Assembly (NCBI GenBank): GCA_030612025.1
Contig: JAUWOR010000003.1
Location: forward strand, 32,001 to 96,000
Source: Dehalococcoidia bacterium
GTDB lineage: Bacteria > Chloroflexota > Dehalococcoidia > GIF9 > AB-539-J10
Length of the DNA: 64,000 bases
Direction: 5' to 3'
Positions 29,994 through 39,119 of the stretch are shown here, piece by piece; within the stretch, counting starts at the first letter, position 1, and the number at the start of each line of letters is the position of its first letter. Both the position numbers and the translations under genes were made by a program. Below the pieces are notes generated by a model that was not told where the DNA came from, searched no databases, and saw nothing but the letters and a program-made list of their open reading frames with translations.

Positions 29994-30332
29994 TTGAGGT
30001 ATGCAGTGCCTATAGTAGATGGCAAAGTGGCTATGCATTTTGGCCATTGCAGCCATTTTGCTTTTTTTGATGTGGATGAGACGAGAAATGTAATTATAAG
30101 AAAGGAGATAGTAGCTTCACCAGGACATGAACCTGGACTCCTTCCCGCCTGGCTTGCCGAGGAAGGAATTTCCGTTGTTATAGCTAGCGGCATGGGCTCC
30201 AGAGCTCAAAGTCTCTTTAGAGAGAACCGCATTGAGGTTGTTATTAATGCCTTGGAAGATGACCCTGAGAAGGCTGTTTGGGATTATATAAAGGGTACAC
30301 TGGCAGTAGGCGAGGATATATGTGACCATTAG
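29994..30332 (+). CDS. NifB/NifX-family protein
   Basis: HFGHC..F, PGH.PG, GMG.RA and C-terminal CDH; TTG start after GGAGG. Confidence 0.88.
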   Translation: MRYAVPIVDGKVAMHFGHCSHFAFFDVDETRNVIIRKEIVASPGHEPGLLPAWLAEEGISVVIASGMGSRAQSLFRENRIEVVINALEDDPEKAVWDYIKGTLAVGEDICDH

Positions 30333-30350
30333 AGTAAAAGGAGGTTATTA

Positions 30351-31358
30351 ATGAGCTTAGAGGCAGAAGAACAGATCCAACACAAGTTGGAACAAGTGCT
30401 TGTCCCTGGAGTGATGCGTAGCTTGGTGCAAATGAACTTGGTGCGAAGCATTGAAGTTAAGGATGGCAAAGCGAAAATCACTCTGGCTTCGACTGCTATA
30501 CCTTCCGAAAGTCATGATTGGCTAAGGGGGAAAGTGGTCACAACGATTCGTGAACTGCCTGAAGTGAACGAGGTCGCTATTGATCTTGTAGAAGCCAAGC
30601 CTAAGGAGCTTAACCAAATTGACCGTATAATAGCGGTGATGAGCGGCAAAGGAGGAGTAGGCAAATCTCTGGTAGCTAGCTTGTTAGCTGCTTCTTTTGC
30701 CCGAGAAGGCAAGGATGTTGGCATACTTGATGCTGACATCACCGGTCCCAGCATTCCTAAAATGTTTGGTTTGAATGTTCGTCCCAGTGGCAGTGAGACA
30801 GGCATTTTACCTATATCATCGAGGTCTGGAATTGAGGTCATGTCTATGAACCTTCTATTGCCCAGCGAAGATGAAGCTGTTATCTGGCGAGGTCCTCTCA
30901 TGTCTAAGGCTATCACACAATTCTGGGAGGAGGTGCTTTGGGGAAAGCTTGACTATCTCGTGATAGACCTGCCACCTGGCACTGGAGACGCCCCATTAAC
31001 AGTAATGCAAACGGTACCGCTCTCCGGGGTAATCGATGTCTTTACTCCTCAGGACTTAACCACAATGATAGTAAGGAAGGCAGTCAAAATGGCGAGGAAA
31101 TTGAATGTTCATGTGCTGGGTGTGATAGAAAACATGAGCTATCTGTTGTTACCGGAAACAGGAAAGAAACTGGAAGTTTTTGGTCGGAGCAAAGGGGAAG
31201 AGATGGCTAAGGCTTCTCAAGCTCCTTTACTGGGAAAGTTGCCCATAGACCCAGAGCTAGCCAGGCTATGTGATCAAGGCGAAATTGAAAGGTATAGTTC
31301 AGATGCCCTATCTGAAATCTTTGCTAGTTTAGTTACTGTTCTGAATGAGAGAAAGTAA
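30351..31358 (+). CDS. Mrp/ApbC/NBP35-family ATPase with N-terminal MIP18/DUF59-like domain
   Basis: SGKGGVGKS, DADITGPS, VIWRGP, DLPPGTGD and ENMS motifs. Confidence 0.92.
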   Translation: MSLEAEEQIQHKLEQVLVPGVMRSLVQMNLVRSIEVKDGKAKITLASTAIPSESHDWLRGKVVTTIRELPEVNEVAIDLVEAKPKELNQIDRIIAVMSGKGGVGKSLVASLLAASFAREGKDVGILDADITGPSIPKMFGLNVRPSGSETGILPISSRSGIEVMSMNLLLPSEDEAVIWRGPLMSKAITQFWEEVLWGKLDYLVIDLPPGTGDAPLTVMQTVPLSGVIDVFTPQDLTTMIVRKAVKMARKLNVHVLGVIENMSYLLLPETGKKLEVFGRSKGEEMAKASQAPLLGKLPIDPELARLCDQGEIERYSSDALSEIFASLVTVLNERK

Positions 31359-31364
31359 TTCACC

Positions 31365-31466
31365 CGTCACCCTGACCCTGAACAAAGTGAAGGGGAAGGG
31401 TCTTGAGATTCTTCGCCGAGCCTGTCCTGAGCGTTGTGAGATTCTTCGCTACGCTCAGAATGACAC
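31365..31466. repeat. Family A REP-like palindromes
   Basis: cgtcaccctga...gtgaagg...gagattcttcg...ctcagaatgaca. Confidence 0.8.
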
Positions 31467-31486
31467 ACAGCAAGAAGAAGCTTTTC

Positions 31487-31619
31487 GAGGGTGTTTAAAA
31501 ACGTAGTTGCCCAATTTATTGGGCGACTGTGCCTGATAAATCAGGCAACTACAAAAATTTGGGGGTGAAACACCTCTGCGATAGCTGAAATTGAACAGGG
31601 AATCAAAATTAAACAGCCT
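31487..31619 (+). mobile_element. MITE-like element with internal GTAG-REP pair (subtype 2)
   Basis: gagggtgtttaaaaacgtagttgcccaatttattgggc...aattaaacagcct; near-identical to the 55191 and 57220 copies. Confidence 0.85.
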
Positions 31620-31643
31620 GGTTTCCCTGAAGGAGGTGAGAAG

Positions 31644-32102
31644 ATGGCACTGGAATTTGATGACTCCTTTAAAGAGCTAGAGGAGTCTGTTATGGAGGAT
31701 ATGCGGAGGATCTACTCCGAGAAGGTGATCGCCAATTTTCTTAACCCAAGAAATTTGGGCCAGATCCAAGCTCCTGATGGATTTGGGAGAGTAACCGGCC
31801 CTTGTGGGGATACCATGGAGATATATCTTAAGACGAAAAATGGTAAGGTTACAAATGCCACCTTCTGGACTGATGGCTGTGGCCCCAGTATTGCCTCTGG
31901 CAGCATGACCACCGAGCTAATTAAGGGAAGGAGCATCGCCGAGGCTCGAAAAATCACCCATGATGATATTCTAAACGCCCTAGGAGGGCTCCCTGAGGAG
32001 AGCCTTCACTGCGCCCTCTTGGCGGCAAACACGCTTAGGGAGGCGATCAAGGACTATTTAGCTTTCAAGAACGAACCCTGGAAAAGAGTTTATAGAAGAT
32101 GA
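31644..32102 (+). CDS. IscU/NifU-N-type Fe-S scaffold protein
   Basis: NPRNLG, GPCGD, GCG..IAS and HCA motifs. Confidence 0.92.
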   Translation: MALEFDDSFKELEESVMEDMRRIYSEKVIANFLNPRNLGQIQAPDGFGRVTGPCGDTMEIYLKTKNGKVTNATFWTDGCGPSIASGSMTTELIKGRSIAEARKITHDDILNALGGLPEESLHCALLAANTLREAIKDYLAFKNEPWKRVYRR

Positions 32103-32213
32103 AGGCCTCGAAGTATGATTCCTGGTTTGAAAATAAGGGAAAAAATTATCTCTCTATTAAATGTTGGTTTTATAAAGAAGGAACCAAAGCCATGAACCCT
32201 AAGGATGTAACCC

Positions 32214-32354
32214 ATGAGCGTAGAAGAGACACTAGCTGAACTTCAAGCTATCTTAGGTAAGGGATTGCATCCCACAGCAATCTCCAAGGTGAGAGAGGTT
32301 CTGACTAAACTTAAAAGGGGACGATACTCAAGGCAACAAACGGCCCAAAAGTGA
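32214..32354 (+). CDS. Possible 46-aa small protein
   Basis: MSVEETLAELQAILGKGLHPTAISKVREVLTKLKRGRYSRQQTAQK*; weak AAGGA SD. Confidence 0.35.
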   Translation: MSVEETLAELQAILGKGLHPTAISKVREVLTKLKRGRYSRQQTAQK

Positions 32355-32397
32355 TGCCCAAAAGAATATGAGAACCTGAGCTAGTAAATAGTGGAAT

Positions 32398-32592
32398 TTA
32401 AGATTTTTTTTGGATTATTACTGAGTGTTCCCTCAAGAAATCAACGCTCTTTAGTCTGCCTTTAATAAATTTCTCTGCTCCAAGCAAGGTGACGAGCAAA
32501 AAACCATCTTTTTCGGCTTTAAGCTCGACTACATCCCGCATTACCTCTTCCCGCTGCCTCCCATCATCAAAGTAGATTGTGGCTATACACAT
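32398..32592 (-). CDS. CooT-family nickel-binding protein
   Basis: N-terminal MC, M.DV, L.G, VDF..H pattern. Confidence 0.8.
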   Translation of the reverse strand: MCIATIYFDDGRQREEVMRDVVELKAEKDGFLLVTLLGAEKFIKGRLKSVDFLREHSVIIQKKS

Positions 32593-32683
32593 ATTTTTAC
32601 CTTGCCCCTTGTCACTGCAAGGTTAATTTTATTCGATACAGCTCCTTCTTTGCAAATTTCATTTGTTAGGCAAATTTTAAATT

Positions 32684-33034
32684 TCATGGCGGGTATAGAG
32701 TTTTAACTTCCTCCTTTACTTTCTTAAGGCTAATCCGCTCTTTCTCGATATCCTCCGGCTTACTTATACCTAAATTTTTCATTTCTTCTAGAACTTTGCT
32801 TGCAACCTCAGTCCGATGAATCCAATTACAGTCTTCGCATGACCAAATTGCACCCCTAATCCATTTGCCTCCTATAGATTCGTCTCCACAAGGATAAAAG
32901 GGACAATAACAGAAAGTACAATCTTCTAAATCATTATGGTGACAGGAAGAATAATACTTGCAACTTTTATCAATTCCCAAAAGCTCACCTTTCTCTAATA
33001 TTTTGTCAAAGTGTCTTTTAGCAAATGATTGCAT
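32684..33034 (-). CDS. Cysteine-rich small domain protein
   Basis: CKYY..CH...CTFCYCPFYPC...WSCEDCNWIH. Confidence 0.8.
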   Translation of the reverse strand: MQSFAKRHFDKILEKGELLGIDKSCKYYSSCHHNDLEDCTFCYCPFYPCGDESIGGKWIRGAIWSCEDCNWIHRTEVASKVLEEMKNLGISKPEDIEKERISLKKVKEEVKTLYPP

Positions 33035-33056
33035 AATTGTTCTCGTTTAGAATTCC

Positions 33057-33428
33057 TTACTCTCCTAACTTTTCGATTCTAGCCAAAATATTGTCAACTC
33101 TCCGGGATAATCCACTCACCTCTTCTTTTAATGATGCTGAAGAGAGAGGTTCCGGTCTTTGAGCCAAAATAGGCTGATAGAATGTATATCTATAGCCAAT
33201 CTCTGGAGCTTTCGCTCCGATGCTTTCACTTATTTTGTAGCCTGCCCAAGGATTCTGCCGGCAGCCAAAAGGCGAGGCTTTCCCTTCTGCCACTGCTCTA
33301 GCGAATTGCCCACAATTACCATACCCACAAAGGCCACAATTAAGCTTAGGCAAAGCTTCATAGATATTCCTTATTATTTTTTCCTTATTAGCGACTGCCA
33401 CCTTTTCATCCCCCTCATTGCAATTCAA
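33057..33428 (-). CDS. Fe-S protein (RnfB N-terminal-like) with C-terminal coiled coil
   Basis: LPKLNCGLCGYGNC...C; tail LKEEVSGLSRRVDNILARIEKL; start uncertain. Confidence 0.82.
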   Translation of the reverse strand: MNCNEGDEKVAVANKEKIIRNIYEALPKLNCGLCGYGNCGQFARAVAEGKASPFGCRQNPWAGYKISESIGAKAPEIGYRYTFYQPILAQRPEPLSSASLKEEVSGLSRRVDNILARIEKLGE

Positions 33429-33948
33429 TTAATAATTGAGATAGCCTTTCATTGGCTTTTTCCATCTCCTGCGCCGCCCGTAATATGCTACTATAAATTG
33501 GATCGGCTTCTGCATTCTTGGCATTCTCCGTCCATTTCCTAAATTTCTCGCTATCTTGTTTGTTATGCTCAATCCAAGAGGTTAAAAGCACTTTAAGCTT
33601 GCCCCTTTCATCAGTGGGGAAATTTTTGACAATACCTTCAACCATTGTCCGGATCGTATGTTCGGGAACTGCACCGAGGATTTCATCAACCTTCTCACCA
33701 CCAGCGAAATACATCTGCATGGGTATGCTCATAATCTGATATTTCGCTGCCGTTTGGGGATTCTCATCCACATTAATCATGCAGAACTTGAATCTGCCAT
33801 CATATTCCTCTGAGAGCTTCTCGTATATAGGTATAACCATCCTGCATGGACCACACCAAGGTGCCCAGAAATCAACCTCTGTGGGAAGGTCTGCTCTTAG
33901 AACCTCCTCGTCAAAATTTCGATCCGTGATGTCTATTATTTTACTCAT
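33415..33948 (-). CDS. Thioredoxin with C-terminal helical extension
   Basis: DFWAPWCGPC, cis-Pro SIP; extra ~65 aa containing WIEHN. Confidence 0.9.
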   Translation of the reverse strand: MSKIIDITDRNFDEEVLRADLPTEVDFWAPWCGPCRMVIPIYEKLSEEYDGRFKFCMINVDENPQTAAKYQIMSIPMQMYFAGGEKVDEILGAVPEHTIRTMVEGIVKNFPTDERGKLKVLLTSWIEHNKQDSEKFRKWTENAKNAEADPIYSSILRAAQEMEKANERLSQLLIELQ

Positions 33949-33981
33949 ACTACCTCCTTTAAGTTGCTAATGTATCAAATC

Positions 33982-34479
33982 TTACCTTAACCTCAAAATC
34001 TTGAGCAATTCGGAGAGGCTCTTTATTACAAAGTCAGGCCTCTCTTCTTCATTGCTTATCGTTTCTTGGTAGCGGTTGTTCCACTTGAACCAGACGCTTT
34101 TCATACCAATTCTGTTTGCTCCGACAATATCTGCGTCAATCCTGTTGCCAACCATAATCGTGTTTTCGGCTTTGACCTTGAGTCTGTCCAATGCAGCCTC
34201 GAATATCTCCCTGGCTGGCTTCTCGATACCAATTTCCTCAGAGATTACTATTGCGTCAAAATAATCCCTCAAGCCACAAGCGGCTATAACTTTTCTCGCA
34301 CCAACGCTGTCAGCATTAGCTATAATAGCAATCTTGTATTCACCTTTTCTGATGGTCTCCAAGACCTCGATTACACCCTCGACGACCTCAGCAGTAATAG
34401 CTTGCCCAGAGCTATTGTGAATAATGGTTTCTTCAGCAATCAAGGTATCCCCTAGGTCAAAGCAAACAGCTTCGATCAT
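33982..34479 (-). CDS. HAD-superfamily hydrolase
   Basis: FDLGDTL, EKP...IF, VGN...DI.GA. Confidence 0.88.
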   Translation of the reverse strand: MIEAVCFDLGDTLIAEETIIHNSSGQAITAEVVEGVIEVLETIRKGEYKIAIIANADSVGARKVIAACGLRDYFDAIVISEEIGIEKPAREIFEAALDRLKVKAENTIMVGNRIDADIVGANRIGMKSVWFKWNNRYQETISNEEERPDFVIKSLSELLKILRLR

Positions 34480-34547
34480 AAACTTATACCCATATCCCTA
34501 ATATTTACAATGAGCAGCAACTTTTATGTCTCCTCCTTTTTATTTCA

Positions 34548-35072
34548 TCACTTTTTCCTGAAATTTAAGATTTGGCCCCCTTCGCGATCCTTATTATCAT
34601 GAATAAGCGTCTCGGAATGTTCCTCTTCCAAATAAAAGTTTGCATTTTTTATTTCATCTTTAGCCTCTGATTCCATGTGCTTTGGCCAAACCGAAATAAA
34701 GGCAGAAAGTTTCATCACCCTATGGATTTCATTTAGCAAGCTTCTTCTATCCTCTACTTGCGGAAAATAGTAGGAGTGAAAGACGTCGAAAAAGAGAACT
34801 ACGTCCACAGACTCGTCAGTTAAATCAATTCTTGGCTCTCCTGACGTGTCCATTCTTTCTATGTTTTTTAAGCCTGCTAATTTAGCCTTTTGCATCAGCT
34901 CGTCCAAAACCTTCTTATCTTTGTCTAAGGCGTATACTCTCCCTTGCTCAGCAACTATTTTGGCAGCCGGAATGCTGTACGTGCCAGACCCACAGCCAAA
35001 ATCCAACACAATTTGGCCTCTGTTAATGCCTAATCTTTCTAATACCTCAAAGGCTTGTGATTCTAACTCCAT
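34548..35072 (-). CDS. Class I SAM-dependent methyltransferase
   Basis: VLDFGCGSG, VYALD. Confidence 0.85.
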   Translation of the reverse strand: MELESQAFEVLERLGINRGQIVLDFGCGSGTYSIPAAKIVAEQGRVYALDKDKKVLDELMQKAKLAGLKNIERMDTSGEPRIDLTDESVDVVLFFDVFHSYYFPQVEDRRSLLNEIHRVMKLSAFISVWPKHMESEAKDEIKNANFYLEEEHSETLIHDNKDREGGQILNFRKK

Positions 35073-35107
35073 TTTCTCATGCCTAAGGATAATGTGAATC
35101 TACGTTC

Positions 35108-36025
35108 TTAGCTTCTCTCCTGAAGGTATTTGAAAGCGGACATGGCAGCAGTGGCGCCATCCCCAACAGCAGCAGCAATCTGGCGTGCCGAGTTCTTGCG
35201 TATGTCGCCGGCAGCGAAGATACCAGGAGCAGAGGTAGCCATTGTCTCATCAGTAATGATATATCCGACATCGTCAAGCTTCACGGTGTTGGAAAAGCAC
35301 TGGCTATTGGGTGTAAGCCCTACGGCAACAAAGACACCAGCCACCTCTAAGGTCGAAAAGTTGTGGGTTTTCACGTTGCACAGCCTGAGCCCCTTCACTA
35401 GTTGCTCTCCCAAGATTTCTTCTACCACAGTGCTCCAAATGAACTCCAGCTTGGGCTGGGCAAAGGCTTGTTGCTGGAGGACTTGCCCTGCCCTAAGCTG
35501 GTCTCGCCGATGTATTACATAGACCTTCTTAGCATGCCGACTCAATTCCAGAGCATCGGTGATGGCGGTATCGCCCCCACCCACAACTGCCACCTCACGG
35601 TCACGAAAGAGAAACCCATCACAGGTGGCGCAATAGGAAACGCCATGCCCTGAGAGCCTCTCCTCGCCAATGGCTCCCAACTTACGATACTCGGAGCCGG
35701 CAGCGATGATTATGGACACAGCTTCAAAGCTGCCCTCAGTCGTAGAGACACCATAGGGTTGCCCCGGGGTAATCCCGGTAACCTCAGCAGTTACAACCTC
35801 CAGACCGTATTTGATTGCCTGTTGATGCATAAGCGAACTCAGCTCAGCGCCTGGGATACCCTCGGGAAAGCCGGGATAATTCTCTACTAATGCGGCATTC
35901 ACCACTTGGCCTCCAAACATCCCACGCTCGACCAGCAAGCTCTTAAGACCCGCCCGTGAGGCATACAGTCCTGCGGTAAACCCAGCAGGACCACCTCCAA
36001 CAATGACTACTTCATATTTTGCCAC
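35108..36025 (-). CDS. trxB: Thioredoxin reductase
   Basis: GGGPAG, ENYPGF, CATCDG, GGGD.A, HRR and AAGD motifs. Confidence 0.96.
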   Translation of the reverse strand: MAKYEVVIVGGGPAGFTAGLYASRAGLKSLLVERGMFGGQVVNAALVENYPGFPEGIPGAELSSLMHQQAIKYGLEVVTAEVTGITPGQPYGVSTTEGSFEAVSIIIAAGSEYRKLGAIGEERLSGHGVSYCATCDGFLFRDREVAVVGGGDTAITDALELSRHAKKVYVIHRRDQLRAGQVLQQQAFAQPKLEFIWSTVVEEILGEQLVKGLRLCNVKTHNFSTLEVAGVFVAVGLTPNSQCFSNTVKLDDVGYIITDETMATSAPGIFAAGDIRKNSARQIAAAVGDGATAAMSAFKYLQERS

Positions 36026-36046
36026 TGCTTACACCTGTTCCATAAT

Positions 36047-36313
36047 TTAGCTAGATGCCGGAGTTTCGCCTGGATGTAACCCGTGCCACTTAGCTATCAG
36101 CTCCTCGCGGCTTTCCACATGGTCTGGATCGGGCACAGCAGCATCTACCGGACATATCTCCGCACACTTAGGTGATTCGAAATTGCCCACGCATTCAGTG
36201 CACTTGTCAGGGTCGATTACATAGACCTCTTCCCCCTCCGAGATTGCTCCATTCTTGCACTCCGCTTCACAGGCACCGCAACTGATGCACTCCTCAGTAA
36301 TTTTGTAAGCCAT
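36047..36313 (-). CDS. 2[4Fe-4S] ferredoxin (YfhL-like), paralog of 15396-15662
   Basis: CISCGAC...C, CTECVG...CAEICP. Confidence 0.92.
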   Translation of the reverse strand: MAYKITEECISCGACEAECKNGAISEGEEVYVIDPDKCTECVGNFESPKCAEICPVDAAVPDPDHVESREELIAKWHGLHPGETPASS

Positions 36314-36340
36314 CTATTAACCTCCCTCAATTTATTATCG

Positions 36341-36613
36341 TTACCTAATCACAGCGAGAATATCACTTCTCGAGATGATTAAATACTTTTTACCCTCGAA
36401 TTCAATCTCATCACCAGTAAATTTAGCGTAAACTATTGTATCCCCTATTTTAATTTTCTCAGCAAGCTCCTCATCAGTTCCAACCTCCACAACCTTGCCT
36501 CTCCTGGGTTTCTCCTTGGCAGTATCAGGAAGGATTATCCCTGCTTTGCTTTTACTTTCTGCAACTTCTTCCGGCTCAATTAAAACTCGGTCCTCAAATG
36601 GCTTGAGCTGCAT
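36341..36613 (-). CDS. groES: Co-chaperonin GroES (stand-alone)
   Basis: LKPFEDRV, GIILPDTAKEKP, DILAV. Confidence 0.93.
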   Translation of the reverse strand: MQLKPFEDRVLIEPEEVAESKSKAGIILPDTAKEKPRRGKVVEVGTDEELAEKIKIGDTIVYAKFTGDEIEFEGKKYLIISRSDILAVIR

Positions 36614-36631
36614 CTTAAAAAACCTCCTTTC

Positions 36632-36880
36632 TTATTTGATACCCAGTAGTTTATCGATTTTCGCCTTATCAAAGCCGACAATCGGGTGATTGTTAATCAA
36701 GACGACAGGAACACCCATTATATTTCGACGCTTGAGCTCTCTAGCTCCCTCAGGGTCTTTTTCTACGTTTACCTCCCTGAATCTGAACCTCTTCTCCCTT
36801 AAATACTGTTTAACTGTGTTACACCAAGGGCATGAAGCTCCTGTAAGAATTATGATCCTTGGCTGACTAGAAGCAGGCAT
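36632..36880 (-). CDS. Glutaredoxin/NrdH-like redoxin
   Basis: CPWC, GVPV, VGFD. Confidence 0.9.
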   Translation of the reverse strand: MPASSQPRIIILTGASCPWCNTVKQYLREKRFRFREVNVEKDPEGARELKRRNIMGVPVVLINNHPIVGFDKAKIDKLLGIK

Positions 36881-36967
36881 AGATACCTCTTTATTGTTCT
36901 AAATGACTTGTAAGTTTTGGTGATGATTTTAGTAGGACACACTTTCGACACCACCTTTCGCGGTAGA

Positions 36968-37798
36968 TTAGCTTATCTTGTTTTGCCTCCCTTCGCCTCC
37001 TGTTTCAAGTCTCGAGAGCAGGAAATCTAAGACTTCCCCGATCTCCTGCGTTGATTTGCCTCCACATACTGGGCGCCCCTCGAAGCAAGCCTCAAAAATC
37101 TCCGGATCATACTGGATAGTTCCAATCACTGTAATGCCCCGCCTGCCCAGCTCCCCCACCAACTTCGATGCCATCTCATTCGAGGTTACCTTGTTGAGCA
37201 CAGCCCAGGTATTACTTACTCCACTCCCAGCAGCCAAGCTATTTACTCTTTCAGCAAGTGCTATAGATTCCCAAGAGGGCTCAACCACAGTCAGCACATC
37301 GTCTATACTTGTCTCCACACCTCTGCCAAAATGCTCCACTCCTGCCTCCATATCCACAATTGTTATCTCCTTATCTTTCAGGCGAAGTTTTTTCAAAAAC
37401 TCCCGACTCAATACCCCCATAGGGCAGGCACACCCCTCAAGCGATTGGAGTATCTTACCTATAGAGACAAACCTTATACCGTCCCTCTGCAAAATATGTG
37501 GATAGGGTATATCTTTGATAGATATCTCACGCTGCGCTAACACATTCATCTGGTGCTCTGATTCTCCAGGAGAGAATCCAGATTTCATTTGTCGCTGTAC
37601 TCTTTTCTTACCTCCTGCCAGTTCCATGAGAGGAGTAGGTGGGATGTCAAAACCTAGCAGCCGGTAGAGCCCCGAATTTGACTCGTCAGAATCAACGACG
37701 AGAACTTGGTAACTTCTGCCCCGAGCTCTGTTTGCTAGCAGGGTGACTATACTGCTTTTGCCGCTGCCACCCTTTCCACAAATCGAAATCTTCATCAT
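36968..37798 (-). CDS. CooC/AcsF-type nickel-insertion ATPase
   Basis: GKGGSGKS, EGCACP, DMEAGVEHFGRG. Confidence 0.88.
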   Translation of the reverse strand: MMKISICGKGGSGKSSIVTLLANRARGRSYQVLVVDSDESNSGLYRLLGFDIPPTPLMELAGGKKRVQRQMKSGFSPGESEHQMNVLAQREISIKDIPYPHILQRDGIRFVSIGKILQSLEGCACPMGVLSREFLKKLRLKDKEITIVDMEAGVEHFGRGVETSIDDVLTVVEPSWESIALAERVNSLAAGSGVSNTWAVLNKVTSNEMASKLVGELGRRGITVIGTIQYDPEIFEACFEGRPVCGGKSTQEIGEVLDFLLSRLETGGEGRQNKIS

Positions 37799-37817
37799 AT
37801 CATCTGCGAGCTAGCCT

Positions 37818-38075
37818 TTATTCCTCACCAAGGAGAGCTACCTTCCTGAATTCAGGTACCACTTCCTTGAGCTGATCCTCGAGTACCTCAGTCACTATCT
37901 CCTTAGTTGTTCGTGTCCTGTCTACATGGCAGGCAGAAGGGTTTGATAGTGGCCTATAATACTGCACTGTTACTATTCCCTGCTTCACGTCTCTTAACTG
38001 GACATCAGCCCCTCCCAGGCTTGGCTTTATCCTAGCTAACACGGCTTCTACTTCTTCCTTTAATCCTTGTTCCAT
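37818..38075 (-). CDS. NifU C-terminal-like domain protein (single Cys)
   Basis: VEAVL.RIKPSL.G.DV.L...G.VTV; lacks the full CxxC. Confidence 0.6.
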   Translation of the reverse strand: MEQGLKEEVEAVLARIKPSLGGADVQLRDVKQGIVTVQYYRPLSNPSACHVDRTRTTKEIVTEVLEDQLKEVVPEFRKVALLGEE

Positions 38076-38245
38076 TCTAAACTGCCAGTACTAAACTGGT
38101 TAGATATGTCCTTTATTTGGACAAAAACCCTGCTCACATTCAAACGCCATACTGTCATCCTTAGCAGATGACTTAAGCACATCGTAGTTGACTCGTTTCC
38201 CATCTTCCACTCTGCATTCTCACGCTGTTTGCACCTGCTTAGCTT

Positions 38246-38899
38246 TCAACAGCATTGCCACTTTGCCGCTTTAAGCAAGCGTAAGTGCCCCTTTAAGAAG
38301 AGTTCCTCCTCCAAGCCAGTGAATCCCTGCTTCGAGAGCATTCCCTTTAGGTCAAGCTTGAGAAATTCTAAAGCAAGCTGGCACTCCCCACGGATAAATG
38401 CCTGGCGAAGGGGAAACCATAACCTCTCCAGGTCGAATTCATTATAGTCTAGAATATAAAAGACTCCTCCAGACTTTAAGGCTCGGTAAGCATTGCTGAT
38501 AATCCCGACCTTCTGGGCATCCTCAAAGCCGTGCAAGACAAATGAGGTGAATACCTTGTCGAATTCATCCTGGTATGTCAAAGGTGTCTCAATTCGTTGC
38601 TCCCTAAACTCGACATTGGGATATGATTGGCAGTGTTTTCGAGACAAGCTCAGCATTTCCTTACTGATGTCAAGTCCCAGGATACTGCCCTCAGGGCCTA
38701 CCTTTTGGGCTATGAAGCAGTCGTTCCTGCCTGTCCCTGAACCGAGATCCAGAATAGATTGTCCAAGTTGAATATCCATCTTGTCAACGACCCTCTTAAT
38801 CAGAAAGGGATAATATCCTAGCGAGATCACGTTCATAAAAAGGTCATAGTGGCGGGCTTCCTCTGGCCTGACCTCTACTTTCGACCTTGGCGACGGCAA
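38246..38899 (-). CDS. Class I SAM-dependent methyltransferase (UbiE-like)
   Basis: YDLFM, ILDLGSGTG, GLDIS..ML, LKSGG; TTG at 38899 follows GAGGTG. Confidence 0.85.
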   Translation of the reverse strand: MPSPRSKVEVRPEEARHYDLFMNVISLGYYPFLIKRVVDKMDIQLGQSILDLGSGTGRNDCFIAQKVGPEGSILGLDISKEMLSLSRKHCQSYPNVEFREQRIETPLTYQDEFDKVFTSFVLHGFEDAQKVGIISNAYRALKSGGVFYILDYNEFDLERLWFPLRQAFIRGECQLALEFLKLDLKGMLSKQGFTGLEEELFLKGHLRLLKAAKWQCC

Positions 38900-38909
38900 A
38901 AATGCACCT

Positions 38910-39110
38910 CTAGCTAAGCATTGCCAGATACTCACTGGCGTACTTCCCGTTCTTAGCGCCCTCAAACATCTCACCTTTCTTTACCATTTGCAATGCCAGG
39001 TACTCGCTGGCAGCTATCCTGGCGCAGGCTCCCTCGGAGGCAGCAGTGATGATAATCATATCTCTTTCTTCTATCGTATGCTTTCTTTCATTAGTTGGTG
39101 CATCATATAT
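38910..39110 (-). pseudogene. Internally deleted thioredoxin-reductase-like remnant
   Basis: One frame reads IYDAPTNERKHTIEERDMIII|TAASEGACARIAASEYLALQMVKKG...LS*, joining the N-terminal 'D-x-III' to the C-terminal 'TAA.EG..A...A.EYL'. Confidence 0.6.
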
Positions 39111-39119
39111 CCGTCCGGC

